Source: an uncultured Spirochaetota bacterium (GTDB lineage: Bacteria > Spirochaetota > Spirochaetia > SZUA-6 > Fen-1364). Taken from it: a stretch of 64,000 bases of DNA. The notes beneath the pieces were generated by a model, which did no database searches, had not been told where the DNA came from, and was given only the letters and a program-made list of their open reading frames with translations. Shown piece after piece: positions 21,466 to 30,031 of this stretch. The translations under genes were made by a program, and so were the position numbers. The stretch spans positions 160,001-224,000 of the forward strand of contig CAVUXE010000015.1 in the NCBI GenBank assembly GCA_963745235.1, written 5' to 3'. The stretch's first letter is position 1, and every line of letters begins with the position of its first letter.

Positions 21466-22673
21466 GTGACCGAAAAGCTCTTCTATCATGATCCCTCCCT
21501 CCTTGAGTTCGACGCCACCATCATCAGTGACAGGGTGAACGGCGCGCTGCATGAGGTGGTGCTTGATCGCACGTGCTTCTTCCCTGGCGGCGGAGGCCAG
21601 CCGGCAGACAGGGGCATGCTCGGCGGTGCCCGCGTTGTTGACATGAAGGAGCAGGAAGAGGACGTTGTGCACGTGGTGGATGCGCCCCCGGGCAACTCTC
21701 TGCAGGGGCCTGTCCGTGGGGTCGTGGACGCAGCCAGGCGCCGTGATTTCATGGCGCAGCACACCGGCGAGCACATCCTGGCCCAGGCCTTGCTCAGGGC
21801 GGGCGGGCTGCGGACCGTCTCGGTTCATTTCGGCGAGGACACGACCACCATCGAGCTGGAGACTCCCACGATCGGGGAAGACGTTCTCCAGCGCGCGGAG
21901 GAGCTCGCCAACTCCGCCATCATGGAAAACCACAGGGTGATCATCCACGAGGTGGATCATTCCGAGGCCTCGCGGTTCCCGCTGCGCCGAAAGCCACCTG
22001 AGGTCGGGACTCTTCGCATCGTCGAAATCGAAGGCTGGGACTGGGTGGGCTGCAGCGGCATCCACGTTCCTTCGACGGGACACGTTCTCCTTGTCAAGAT
22101 AGTCGGTCAGGAAAAGATGAGAGGGCACGCGCGGATCCATGCCATCATCGGCGCCCGGGCGCTGGCTGACTACGGGCGAAAGGCCGCTTTGACGCAGGCC
22201 CTCGACCGGCTCCTCACCTGCGGGGAGGAGAGCGTCCTTTCACGCGTGGAGGAACTGGCGCGAAGCGCGAAAGGGAGGGAGCGGGAGCTCGGCAGGCTGC
22301 GGCTGGAACGGGCGGCAGCGGACGCGGATGCCGCCGCCGCAAAGGCGCCGCGCGTGGCGGAAGCGCTCATCGTCAGTGGGGTGTTCGACGGCGTTGGCCC
22401 GGAGTATCTGAAGGCGTTCGTGGAGCGAATCGTTGCTTCACCGGGCAGGGCCGCCATTGCGATGGACCGCTCCCCCGACGCCTTCCAGTGGATCGTGGCG
22501 CATTCGCTGGGCGAACGCCTGGAGCTTCCGAAGGTCGTGACACCGCTCCTGGGGCCGGCCGGCGCCAAGGGGGGCGGTCGCGGCGCGTGGATGCAGGGGG
22601 CCGGCCGGCGGCAGCGGGCGCCGCTGCCTTTGCGAGCGCGCTGGAGGAGGCGCTGTCCCAGGCGCTGCGGTGA
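21466..22673 (+). CDS. Alanyl-tRNA editing protein AlaX-L, frameshift near 22600
   Basis: LDRTCFFPGGGGQPAD, QHTGEHIL (HxxxH), CSGIHV (CxxxH), KGGGR DHHA1 tail; end lies in the alternative frame. Confidence 0.85.
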
Positions 22674-22688
22674 ACCGCGGAGGCAGCC

Positions 22689-22717
22689 TTGCGTCGTCCC
22701 GCTGCCTGCTCTACTAT
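22689..22717 (+). promoter_or_regulatory. Sigma70 promoter for rhomboid-DUF4139 operon
   Basis: TTGCGT-N17-TACTAT. Confidence 0.6.
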
Positions 22718-22737
22718 GCGCCCAAAGGGGGGCCGCG

Positions 22738-23340
22738 ATGAAGCTGCGCATCCGCTACAATTCTCCCGTCATCCTGTCCTTTGCCATTATCGCCGCGCTC
22801 GTGCTGCTCATCGACCAGATCTCCGGCGGGGTCTTCATCCGCACGTTCTTCGTGCTGTACCCCGACTGGAGCTTTGCCTCCCCCCTCTCATGGCTTCGCC
22901 TGTTCTCCTACGTTATTGGCCATGCAAACTGGAACCACCTGATCAGCAACTTCTCCTTCATCCTCCTCATCGGCCCCGTGCTGGAGGAGAAATACGGCTC
23001 CCTGCCCCTGCTCCTGATGATGCTGGTCACCGCGGTAGCAACGGCCATCCTGAACATCCTTGTCGTGCGGACGGGCCTCTACGGCGCGAGCGGAATCGTT
23101 TTCATGCTGATCCTGCTCAGCTCCTTCACGAACATCCGCCAGGGGGAGATACCGCTCACCTTCATCCTCATCATCGCCCTGTACCTGGTGAGGGAGTTCG
23201 TGAACGCCCTGACGCCCAGCACCGTGTCCCAGCTGGCGCACATCGTTGGCGGAATCATCGGCGGCATGTTCGGATTCATCATATCGCGGTCCGAGCGGAC
23301 GCCGGCCATTCCAGCGGGCCGGCCCGAAACAAAGGAGTAG
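22738..23340 (+). CDS. Rhomboid intramembrane serine protease
   Basis: GHANWNHLISN, GASG nucleophile, AHIVG catalytic His. Confidence 0.9.
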   Translation: MKLRIRYNSPVILSFAIIAALVLLIDQISGGVFIRTFFVLYPDWSFASPLSWLRLFSYVIGHANWNHLISNFSFILLIGPVLEEKYGSLPLLLMMLVTAVATAILNILVVRTGLYGASGIVFMLILLSSFTNIRQGEIPLTFILIIALYLVREFVNALTPSTVSQLAHIVGGIIGGMFGFIISRSERTPAIPAGRPETKE

Positions 23341-23343
23341 CAC

Positions 23344-25431
23344 ATGCTGACCCTTCCAACGCGCATCGCCGCCCTTGCGATCCTGGTCTCCTGCGCTGTC
23401 CCCGCGGCCCTCAGCTCCCAGGCAAGCGCCTCCGGCTCCCAGGAAGAAAAAGACGTCACCGTACCTCTCACCAGGCTCGTCCTGTTCACAAGCGGCGTCG
23501 GGTATTTCCAGCACGACGGTGTCGTGGACGGCAACGCGCGCATGGAGCTGACCTTTTCCACAAGCCAGATCAACGACCTGCTGAAAAGCCTCGTCCTGCG
23601 CGACATGGACGGCGGGTCGGTCTCCAGCGTCACCTATTCCTCACGGGACCCCATAACCCGCACCCTCAAGGGCTTTTCCCTGGACCTGACGAGCAACCCC
23701 TCCCTCACGGCGCTCCTTGCCCAGGCGCGGGGCGAGCCCGTGGAAGCCACGCTCACCGGTGGAACGAAAGTGACCGGGGCCATCGTCGGGGTCGAAACGC
23801 GGCAGGTGGCATCCTCGGGGAAGGAGCCGGTCTCTGCTGACTTCGTCACCCTCAACACCTCCACGGGCATCTCCAGCCTCGCCTTGTCCGACATCGGCGG
23901 GATCCGTTTCCTGCGCAAGGAGCTGCAAGACGACCTCGCGCAGGCCCTCCAAGTGCTTTCCTCGTCCCACGGCGTGGAGAAGAAGAAGCTGGTCCTGCAT
24001 TTCAGCGGAAACGGCAGGCGCCGCGTGAGCCTGGGCTACATCCTGGAGTCCCCCGTCTGGAAGACGAGCTACCGCCTGGTGCTCGGCGACAACTCCACCC
24101 ACCTGCTGCAGGGGTGGGCGCTGGTGGAAAACACCACGGATGGGGACTGGAAGAATGTCGGCCTGAGCCTCGTTTCGGGACGCCCCATCACGTTCACAAT
24201 GGACCTGTATCAACCCCTGTACATCCAGAGGCCGGAGGTACAGCTCGAGCTGTACCAGTCCCTGGTCCCCAAGACCAACGAGATGGCGATGGAAGAAAGC
24301 CAGGCGGACAAGGAGGAAGCGGCTCCGGAGGCCGCCTCCGCGCCGGCCCAGCCCCCGGCATCCCCCGTGGCCAAAGCGTTGCGATCCGCGGCCCGAGCTT
24401 TTGGCGCGCCAGGGGGCACCGGCGAGGGGTTTTCCATCTCGCAGGGGGTGACTGCCGCAGCCCAGGCGGGTCAGGTCGGCGACCTCTTCCAGTATTCAAT
24501 CGAGAAACCCGTGACCCTTCCGCGGCAGCAGTCAGCAATGCTGCCTATCGTGAACCAGCAGGTGAGCGGTGAGAGGGTATCCCTCTACAACGAAGCCACG
24601 CAGCCCAAGTACCCGCTGAACGCCGTCCAGCTGAAGAACACGAGCAGCCTCCATCTCATGCAGGGTCCCATCACGGTGTTCGACCAGGGCAGCTACGCCG
24701 GTGACGCAGAGATCAGCGATCTCCCGCCCGGCGGGACACAGCTCATTACGTACGCCATGGACCTCGACACGGAGGTGGAAGCGGTCCCCGGGCCGGCCCC
24801 GGAAAGCCTCGTGTCTGTGAGGATCTCCAAAGGGCTCTTCTTTTACACGAACAAACAGCAGATGGAGCGGGTGTACAACGTGAAGAACCGAGGGACGAAA
24901 GACCGGACTGTGCTCATCGAGCACCCGTTCCTGCCGGACTGGACCCTGGTCAGCCCCAAGGAGCCGACTGAGCGCACGCGGGACGTGTATCGATTCTCCC
25001 TTCCCGTGGGGGCGGGGAAGACGGGCACGCTCTCCGTGGTGCAGACGCGCACCGTTGACCAGAGCGTCTCCCTCTCCACCCTTTCCGGCGACCAGGTCGC
25101 ATTCTACGTCAGGAGCTCTGTTGTCAGCCCGGCAGTGAAAGCCGCCCTTCAGAAACTCTCCGCCCTGATGCAGAAGCTGTCGGACACCGCGTCCCAACGC
25201 TCGCGCGCGGAGGCCCGCGTCAGTGAGATCTCCCAGGACCAGGCGCGCATCCGGGCCAACATGGAACGGCTGTCGCAGACCTCGGACCTGTACAAGCGAT
25301 ACGTCAAGAGCCTCACCGACGAGGAGGACGAGCTTGCGCGGCTTTCTGACCAGATAGCGAAGCTTCGGGACCTGGAAGCCGCCCAGACAAAAGAGGCAAG
25401 CAATTTCATCCAGAGTGTGGACGCGCAGTAA
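23344..25431 (+). CDS. DUF4139/DUF4140-type secreted protein
   Basis: Signal peptide; LFTSGVGYF, NDLLKSL, PVWKTSYRL, LQGWALVENTT, GRPITF; C-terminal coiled coil. Confidence 0.75.
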   Translation: MLTLPTRIAALAILVSCAVPAALSSQASASGSQEEKDVTVPLTRLVLFTSGVGYFQHDGVVDGNARMELTFSTSQINDLLKSLVLRDMDGGSVSSVTYSSRDPITRTLKGFSLDLTSNPSLTALLAQARGEPVEATLTGGTKVTGAIVGVETRQVASSGKEPVSADFVTLNTSTGISSLALSDIGGIRFLRKELQDDLAQALQVLSSSHGVEKKKLVLHFSGNGRRRVSLGYILESPVWKTSYRLVLGDNSTHLLQGWALVENTTDGDWKNVGLSLVSGRPITFTMDLYQPLYIQRPEVQLELYQSLVPKTNEMAMEESQADKEEAAPEAASAPAQPPASPVAKALRSAARAFGAPGGTGEGFSISQGVTAAAQAGQVGDLFQYSIEKPVTLPRQQSAMLPIVNQQVSGERVSLYNEATQPKYPLNAVQLKNTSSLHLMQGPITVFDQGSYAGDAEISDLPPGGTQLITYAMDLDTEVEAVPGPAPESLVSVRISKGLFFYTNKQQMERVYNVKNRGTKDRTVLIEHPFLPDWTLVSPKEPTERTRDVYRFSLPVGAGKTGTLSVVQTRTVDQSVSLSTLSGDQVAFYVRSSVVSPAVKAALQKLSALMQKLSDTASQRSRAEARVSEISQDQARIRANMERLSQTSDLYKRYVKSLTDEEDELARLSDQIAKLRDLEAAQTKEASNFIQSVDAQ

Positions 25432-25735
25432 TAGCTCGTAGTCGACGCGGCTGGCCGAAGACCAAAGCTTCAGAGACGGCCAGGACGCACGTTCCGAGGC
25501 CTTGCAGTATCCTCTTTCCACACCCTGCCCCAGGCGCTAACCGGGATAAATCCGACGAAAGTGGACAGTGCCGCCATTATGGGTGGAAACATCTGCCCCC
25601 AGGGTTGAAAACTTCATTCAGCGGGGGTCGGCAGTTTTCCTCAAGGGAGAGGCCAGGACAAACGTCGGCTCCAGGGGGCTGTTGAACGCCGCGGAGCGCT
25701 CTGAAAATGACACTGCCACAGACAGGCCTGCCACA

Positions 25736-25771
25736 GAATTAGTTGACTTTGTCAACTAATTCCTGTATCAT
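25736..25771 (+). promoter_or_regulatory. marR promoter with overlapping 12-3-12 palindromic operator
   Basis: GAATTAGTTGAC-TTT-GTCAACTAATTC (25736-25762) over -35 TTGACT; N17; -10 TATCAT; GTG start 6 nt later. Confidence 0.8.
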
Positions 25772-25777
25772 GGATCC

Positions 25778-26221
25778 GTGACGGCACACGAAAAGGTCAT
25801 CGCCAGGATGCGGGGCTTCAACAGATTCTACACGGCTTTCCTCGGGGTACTCGATCGGCATTTCCTCGACAGCCCTTTTTCGCTGTCGGAAGTGAGGATC
25901 CTGTACGAGATTCGCCACGGCGCGGAGACTCTCGCCCGGGACATAGGGGCGTCCCTCGGTATTGACCCCGGCTACCTGAGCCGAATCATCGACTCGTTCT
26001 TCACGCGCGGGCTGGTCCGCAAATCCATCTCACACGAGGACCGGCGCCTTCACATCATCGCGCTCACGAGCAAGGGAAGGGAAGTATTCATGGAGCTCGA
26101 TGCGAGGTCCGTGCAATCGGTTGCTCGTGCCATCGAGCACCTTTCTCGACAGGAACAAGAGGAGCTGACGGGTCTCATGGAGAGAATCCGGGAGCTCTTA
26201 ACCAGGAGGACACCGGCGTGA
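25778..26221 (+). CDS. MarR family transcriptional regulator
   Basis: FNRFYT..G, LSEVRILYEI, IDPGYLSRI, EDRR...LTSKG. Confidence 0.9.
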   Translation: MTAHEKVIARMRGFNRFYTAFLGVLDRHFLDSPFSLSEVRILYEIRHGAETLARDIGASLGIDPGYLSRIIDSFFTRGLVRKSISHEDRRLHIIALTSKGREVFMELDARSVQSVARAIEHLSRQEQEELTGLMERIRELLTRRTPA

Positions 26222-26718
26222 AGAAGGTTTCCCTGCAGGACGTCTCCGTCAGGACCGAGCTTGGGCCGGGGGATATCGGATACGTGATCCATCGGCATGG
26301 CGCACTCTATGCCAGGGAGTACGGGTACGGACTGCAATTCGAGACGTATGTCGCCAAGGGGTTATGCGAGTTCGTGGAGCGCTTTGATCCCAGGACAAAC
26401 CGGGTCTGGATCTGCGAGCATGAAGCGCGGATCGTTGGCTTCCTCCTCCTGATGAACCGGGGAGAAGCCGCACAGCTGAGGTATTTCCTCATCGAGCCTG
26501 AATACAGGGGGATCGGCCTGGGCTCACGGCTCATGACGCTCTTCGTCGATTTCTTGAAGACCTGCGGCTACCGCAGCGCATACCTGTGGACAACGGATGA
26601 GCTCACCACTGCCGCTCGCCTGTACACGCGCTCTGGATTCACGCTCACGGAAGAGAAGGAGTCCATGGCGTTCGGCAAGTCGCTCACCGAAAGGCGATAC
26701 GACCTGGCTTTGACGTGA
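26218..26718 (+). CDS. GNAT N-acetyltransferase
   Basis: HGALYAREYG, AQLRYFLIEPEYRGIGLG, LWT...A..LY..GF. Confidence 0.9.
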   Translation: MKKVSLQDVSVRTELGPGDIGYVIHRHGALYAREYGYGLQFETYVAKGLCEFVERFDPRTNRVWICEHEARIVGFLLLMNRGEAAQLRYFLIEPEYRGIGLGSRLMTLFVDFLKTCGYRSAYLWTTDELTTAARLYTRSGFTLTEEKESMAFGKSLTERRYDLALT

Positions 26719-26890
26719 CGAGAGAGCTCCTACCCCCTTCACGGACCCGCCGGACGTCTCGGTTGTCTTGGCTGAAGAGCGCTTGGCGATTCTGGCGGCG
26801 CTGCCCTTACGCATACGCCTGGTTGCGGAGACGCTCTACGTCATGGGCGCTCGCGTGAGCGAGGTTTACGGTGAGACGGGACCAGTTCTT

Positions 26891-27226
26891 AGCCAATCTC
26901 ACTTGGAGTCGCGTCCAAATCAGGAGAAGGAGCGCGCGATGTCCATCAAGTTCGTTCTTGCCGTTGAGGGGCACAGCGATAAGGCAACAACGCTGCGCCA
27001 CGACGTGCGCGACGGATTCAGCGATGTGGACCTGTTCGGGGAGGCGAAATAGCGCAGCAGGCTTTTGGAAAACCTCGCCCGCCACGAGCGGGATTTCGAT
27101 ATCTTTCAAGGCGAGCGATTATGCGGCTCTGGAGGAATGAAGATCCAATCAGCCAATCTCACTTGGCGCCGAGTCCAAATCAGGAGAAGGAGCGCGCGAT
27201 GTCCATCAAGCTCGTTCTTGCAGTTG
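26891..27226 (+). repeat. 76-bp direct repeat (26891-26966 and 27151-27226) covering leader, RBS and first codons of the VOC gene
   Basis: agccaatctcacttgg...caggagaaggagcgcgcgATGtccatcaag...gttg, 5 mismatches by eye. Confidence 0.9.
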
Positions 27227-27555
27227 TCCCGGTGAGCCACTTTGAAGCAGCCCGCGCCTGGTATGAACGTCTCTTTGGGCGCCCAGCCGACAACCTGCCC
27301 ATGGAGGGTCGCCTCGTCGAATGGCGGGTGACCGACAGTGGTTGGGTCCAGGTCACCCTCGACGCCGAACGCGCCGGCTCGGGCCTGTTGAACTTTGCGG
27401 TGGACGACTTGGTCCGGCATATTGCAGACGTCTCCGGGAGGGGCTTGGCCCCAGGAGCGGTCGAAATGGTGAACAAAGGCGTGCAGTTGTCTGCCATCAC
27501 GGATCCCGACGGCAACAGGATCACCTTCATCGGGAACTTCCGTATCAAGTATTAA
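27199..27555 (+). CDS. VOC/glyoxalase family protein
   Basis: AARAWYERLFGRP, FAVDDL, ITDPDGNRI; AGGAG RBS. Confidence 0.85.
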   Translation: MSIKLVLAVVPVSHFEAARAWYERLFGRPADNLPMEGRLVEWRVTDSGWVQVTLDAERAGSGLLNFAVDDLVRHIADVSGRGLAPGAVEMVNKGVQLSAITDPDGNRITFIGNFRIKY

Positions 27556-27604
27556 AGGCATCCTTCTGACGACGACACCGCGCACTCACGAATAGGAGTT
27601 GTCC

Positions 27605-28078
27605 ATGTCGGTAGTAATCCGCCAGCTTTCTTCCGATGACGTCGCGCTGATGGAGGCCTTGTCAGCTACCTTTGGCAAAGCCTTTAACGACATGCCCACT
27701 TACGCGGGGGCTCGTCCGGGCGAGGACTACCTACGGAGACTGCTCGGAGGCGACTCCTTCATCGCCCTGGCCGCCTTAAAGGACGACATTGTTGTCGGCG
27801 GTATGGCGGCGTACGAACTCAGGAAGTTCGAGCAAGAGCGCAGCGAAATCTACATCTACGACCTGGCAGTTTCAGCTGAGCACCGGCGGGAAGGAATTGC
27901 GACATCATTGATCGAAGAACTGAAGAAGGTCGCAGTTAAGCGCGGAGCCTATGTGATTTTTGTCCAGGCCGACAGGGGTGTTGAAGACGAGCCTGCGATC
28001 GCATTGTATACCAAATTGGGAGTGCGCGAGGATGTTCTCCACTTTGACATTACGGTTGCGGACGGCACGAATTGTTGA
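27605..28078 (+). CDS. aac(3)-I: AAC(3)-I family aminoglycoside 3-N-acetyltransferase
   Basis: FG.AF.D..TY...P...YL..LL....FIALAA, AYEL.KFEQERSEIYIYDLAV...HRR.GIAT, GAYVIFVQAD, ALYTKLG.REDV.HFDI. Confidence 0.88.
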   Translation: MSVVIRQLSSDDVALMEALSATFGKAFNDMPTYAGARPGEDYLRRLLGGDSFIALAALKDDIVVGGMAAYELRKFEQERSEIYIYDLAVSAEHRREGIATSLIEELKKVAVKRGAYVIFVQADRGVEDEPAIALYTKLGVREDVLHFDITVADGTNC

Positions 28079-28553
28079 CAGGGTTGACTGGCAGTAATGT
28101 ATTTGCAGAAAGTGGGATTTGACCTTACAGACAGCCCCACAAGGTATGATTCGATCGGACAGAAGCATGTTTTTCCATGCCAGTGATTTGGGACGCGGCT
28201 TGGCTCCGTTTGCGTGGGCCACATGTTCACGCCATCCCCGCTGGAAGAAGCTGAGACGGACGTGGACAGGGCGTCTCCGCGAGGCTTTTGTACGTCGGCT
28301 GAGGCTGCTTTTGCCTTGGCGAGGGTCGCGGTGCTGCCTCTCCGCAAGAGTTCAGCCGCACTCCGACCTCCCAGGTTCCACAAAACCTCGGAGAAGATCG
28401 AATCGGCCCACTTCGCCATCACTGGCTACGAGTCGGCCTTTCGGGCATCCATCCCGCGGCGCACCGTGGGAGCCTACGGCCGACTTCGCCATCCCTGGCT
28501 ACAGCACTTCAGCGGTCCGTCCGACAATGGAAGTGGGACGGAGCACGGAGAAA

Positions 28554-29012
28554 GTGTCTGAAATTGCGCTGCAACCTGCCGAGGCGGGCTTCTCTCAGGA
28601 CGCGGAAATCCTCAAGATCATCACCGAGCTGCGGGACGTGTTCGAGAACAATTTCGACCGCACCTGGTTCAGCCTGATCCTGGACGGGATACCGATAGAC
28701 CTGCGCACGGTGCGCAACATCCGCGAGCTCGTTTCCCTCACCTCCCTCTACCCGGGGGAGGAGTGGCAGATCCTGCGGGGCATCCAGGAGCTGGAAGCCT
28801 TCTACGTGACCGTGAAGAGATTTCTCCTGCCGGTGCTCAAGGAGAGGCTGGGCATCTCCTGGCTGCTGCCGCAGAGCAGGGTCAGGGACCCCCACCAGTA
28901 CATCCTTCGAAAGTTCGTTGCATTCACGTTTCCCTACAACCTCGAGCGCCTGCGCCGGCTCACCACGAAGCTGAAATCCCGTCTCCTGCTGTACTATCCG
29001 TCTCTGTCCTGA
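28554..29012 (+). CDS. Hypothetical protein
   Basis: GGAG RBS plus GTG 28554; strong GC3 bias begins here. Confidence 0.7.
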   Translation: MSEIALQPAEAGFSQDAEILKIITELRDVFENNFDRTWFSLILDGIPIDLRTVRNIRELVSLTSLYPGEEWQILRGIQELEAFYVTVKRFLLPVLKERLGISWLLPQSRVRDPHQYILRKFVAFTFPYNLERLRRLTTKLKSRLLLYYPSLS

Positions 29013-29031
29013 CTGTGGTACATTGCCGGTG

Positions 29032-30021
29032 ATGGGTGACTCCGCCTCACCTGTGCGGCCCACGCTCGATTTCACCGCATCCCATGCGCTGTCGCGCCGG
29101 CTCATCGAGGGGTTGGAGACAGTCATCCGCGGCAAGAGATCGGTCCTGGAGTTCCTGGTGACCTGCATTCTTGCCGGCGGCCACCTCCTGATAGAAGACG
29201 TGCCGGGCCTCGGCAAGACGACACTGGCAAAAACAGTGGCGCGCCTCGTTTCCCGCTCCCGGAAGGGCAGCCACGTGGTCTTCCGCCGAATCCAGTTCAC
29301 CCCGGATCTTCTGCCCTACGACATAACGGGCGTGGACGTCTTTGACCCCTCCACGGGTACGTTCGTATTTTCCCCGGGGCCGGTCTTCACGAATGTCCTT
29401 CTTGCGGACGAGATCAACCGCACCACGCCCAAGGTCCAGTCCGCGCTCCTGGAGGTGATGGCGGAAGGCCAGGTGACAATCGGGAACAAGACCCACCGCA
29501 TGGATCCGTTCTTTTTCGTGATTGCCACGCAGAACCCGGTTGAGGTGGAGGGGGTCTATCCCCTGCCGCTGGCGCAGATCGACCGGTTTCTGATGAAGCT
29601 TCGTGTCGGCTACCCTGAGGCAGAGGTGGAAGTGGAGATCGTTCGGGACGATCCCTCCCACACCGTGATGCCCGAGATCCAGGCGGTGTGCGGCAGGGAT
29701 GAGATCCTTGGCGCCCGTGACGCGGTGGGCCGCGTGTTCTGTGACGAGAAGCTTGTCCGTGCAGCCGTCGGCGTCTCTGCCGCCACGCGCACCCACCCCG
29801 GCATTGCCCTGGGCTCCTCTCCGCGAGGAAGCCTGATGCTGGTGCGGGCGGCGCGGGCGCTGGCGCTGGTCAGGGACAGGGAGTATGTCATCGACCAGGA
29901 CCTGATAGACCTTGTTCCCCTTGTCATTTCCCACCGCCTGCGGATGAAAGACGCCCGGATGGACCCTGAGGCAGTTGCCCGAGAGATTACCATGTCCCAA
30001 CTTTCCCGCATGCCGTATTGA
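29032..30021 (+). CDS. MoxR family AAA+ ATPase
   Basis: EDVPGLGKT, RIQFTPDLLP.DITG, DEINRTTPK.QSALLE, ATQNP, DRF. Confidence 0.93.
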   Translation: MGDSASPVRPTLDFTASHALSRRLIEGLETVIRGKRSVLEFLVTCILAGGHLLIEDVPGLGKTTLAKTVARLVSRSRKGSHVVFRRIQFTPDLLPYDITGVDVFDPSTGTFVFSPGPVFTNVLLADEINRTTPKVQSALLEVMAEGQVTIGNKTHRMDPFFFVIATQNPVEVEGVYPLPLAQIDRFLMKLRVGYPEAEVEVEIVRDDPSHTVMPEIQAVCGRDEILGARDAVGRVFCDEKLVRAAVGVSAATRTHPGIALGSSPRGSLMLVRAARALALVRDREYVIDQDLIDLVPLVISHRLRMKDARMDPEAVAREITMSQLSRMPY

Positions 30022-30031
30022 GCCCGCCTTC

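Noticed and set aside
21412-23340. 642-aa AlaX-rhomboid 'fusion'
   Set aside because: The natural AlaX tail ends at TGA 22673 in another frame after a G-run, and a TTGCGT-N17-TACTAT promoter precedes the rhomboid ATG at 22738
25432-25735. IS end, ncRNA or small ORF (25568-25759) in the long intergenic region
   Set aside because: No paired terminal inverted repeats, transposase fragment, known RNA motif or coding bias could be supported
27556-28200. Integron cassette structure around aac(3)-I
   Set aside because: No recognisable attC core sites or integrase found by eye
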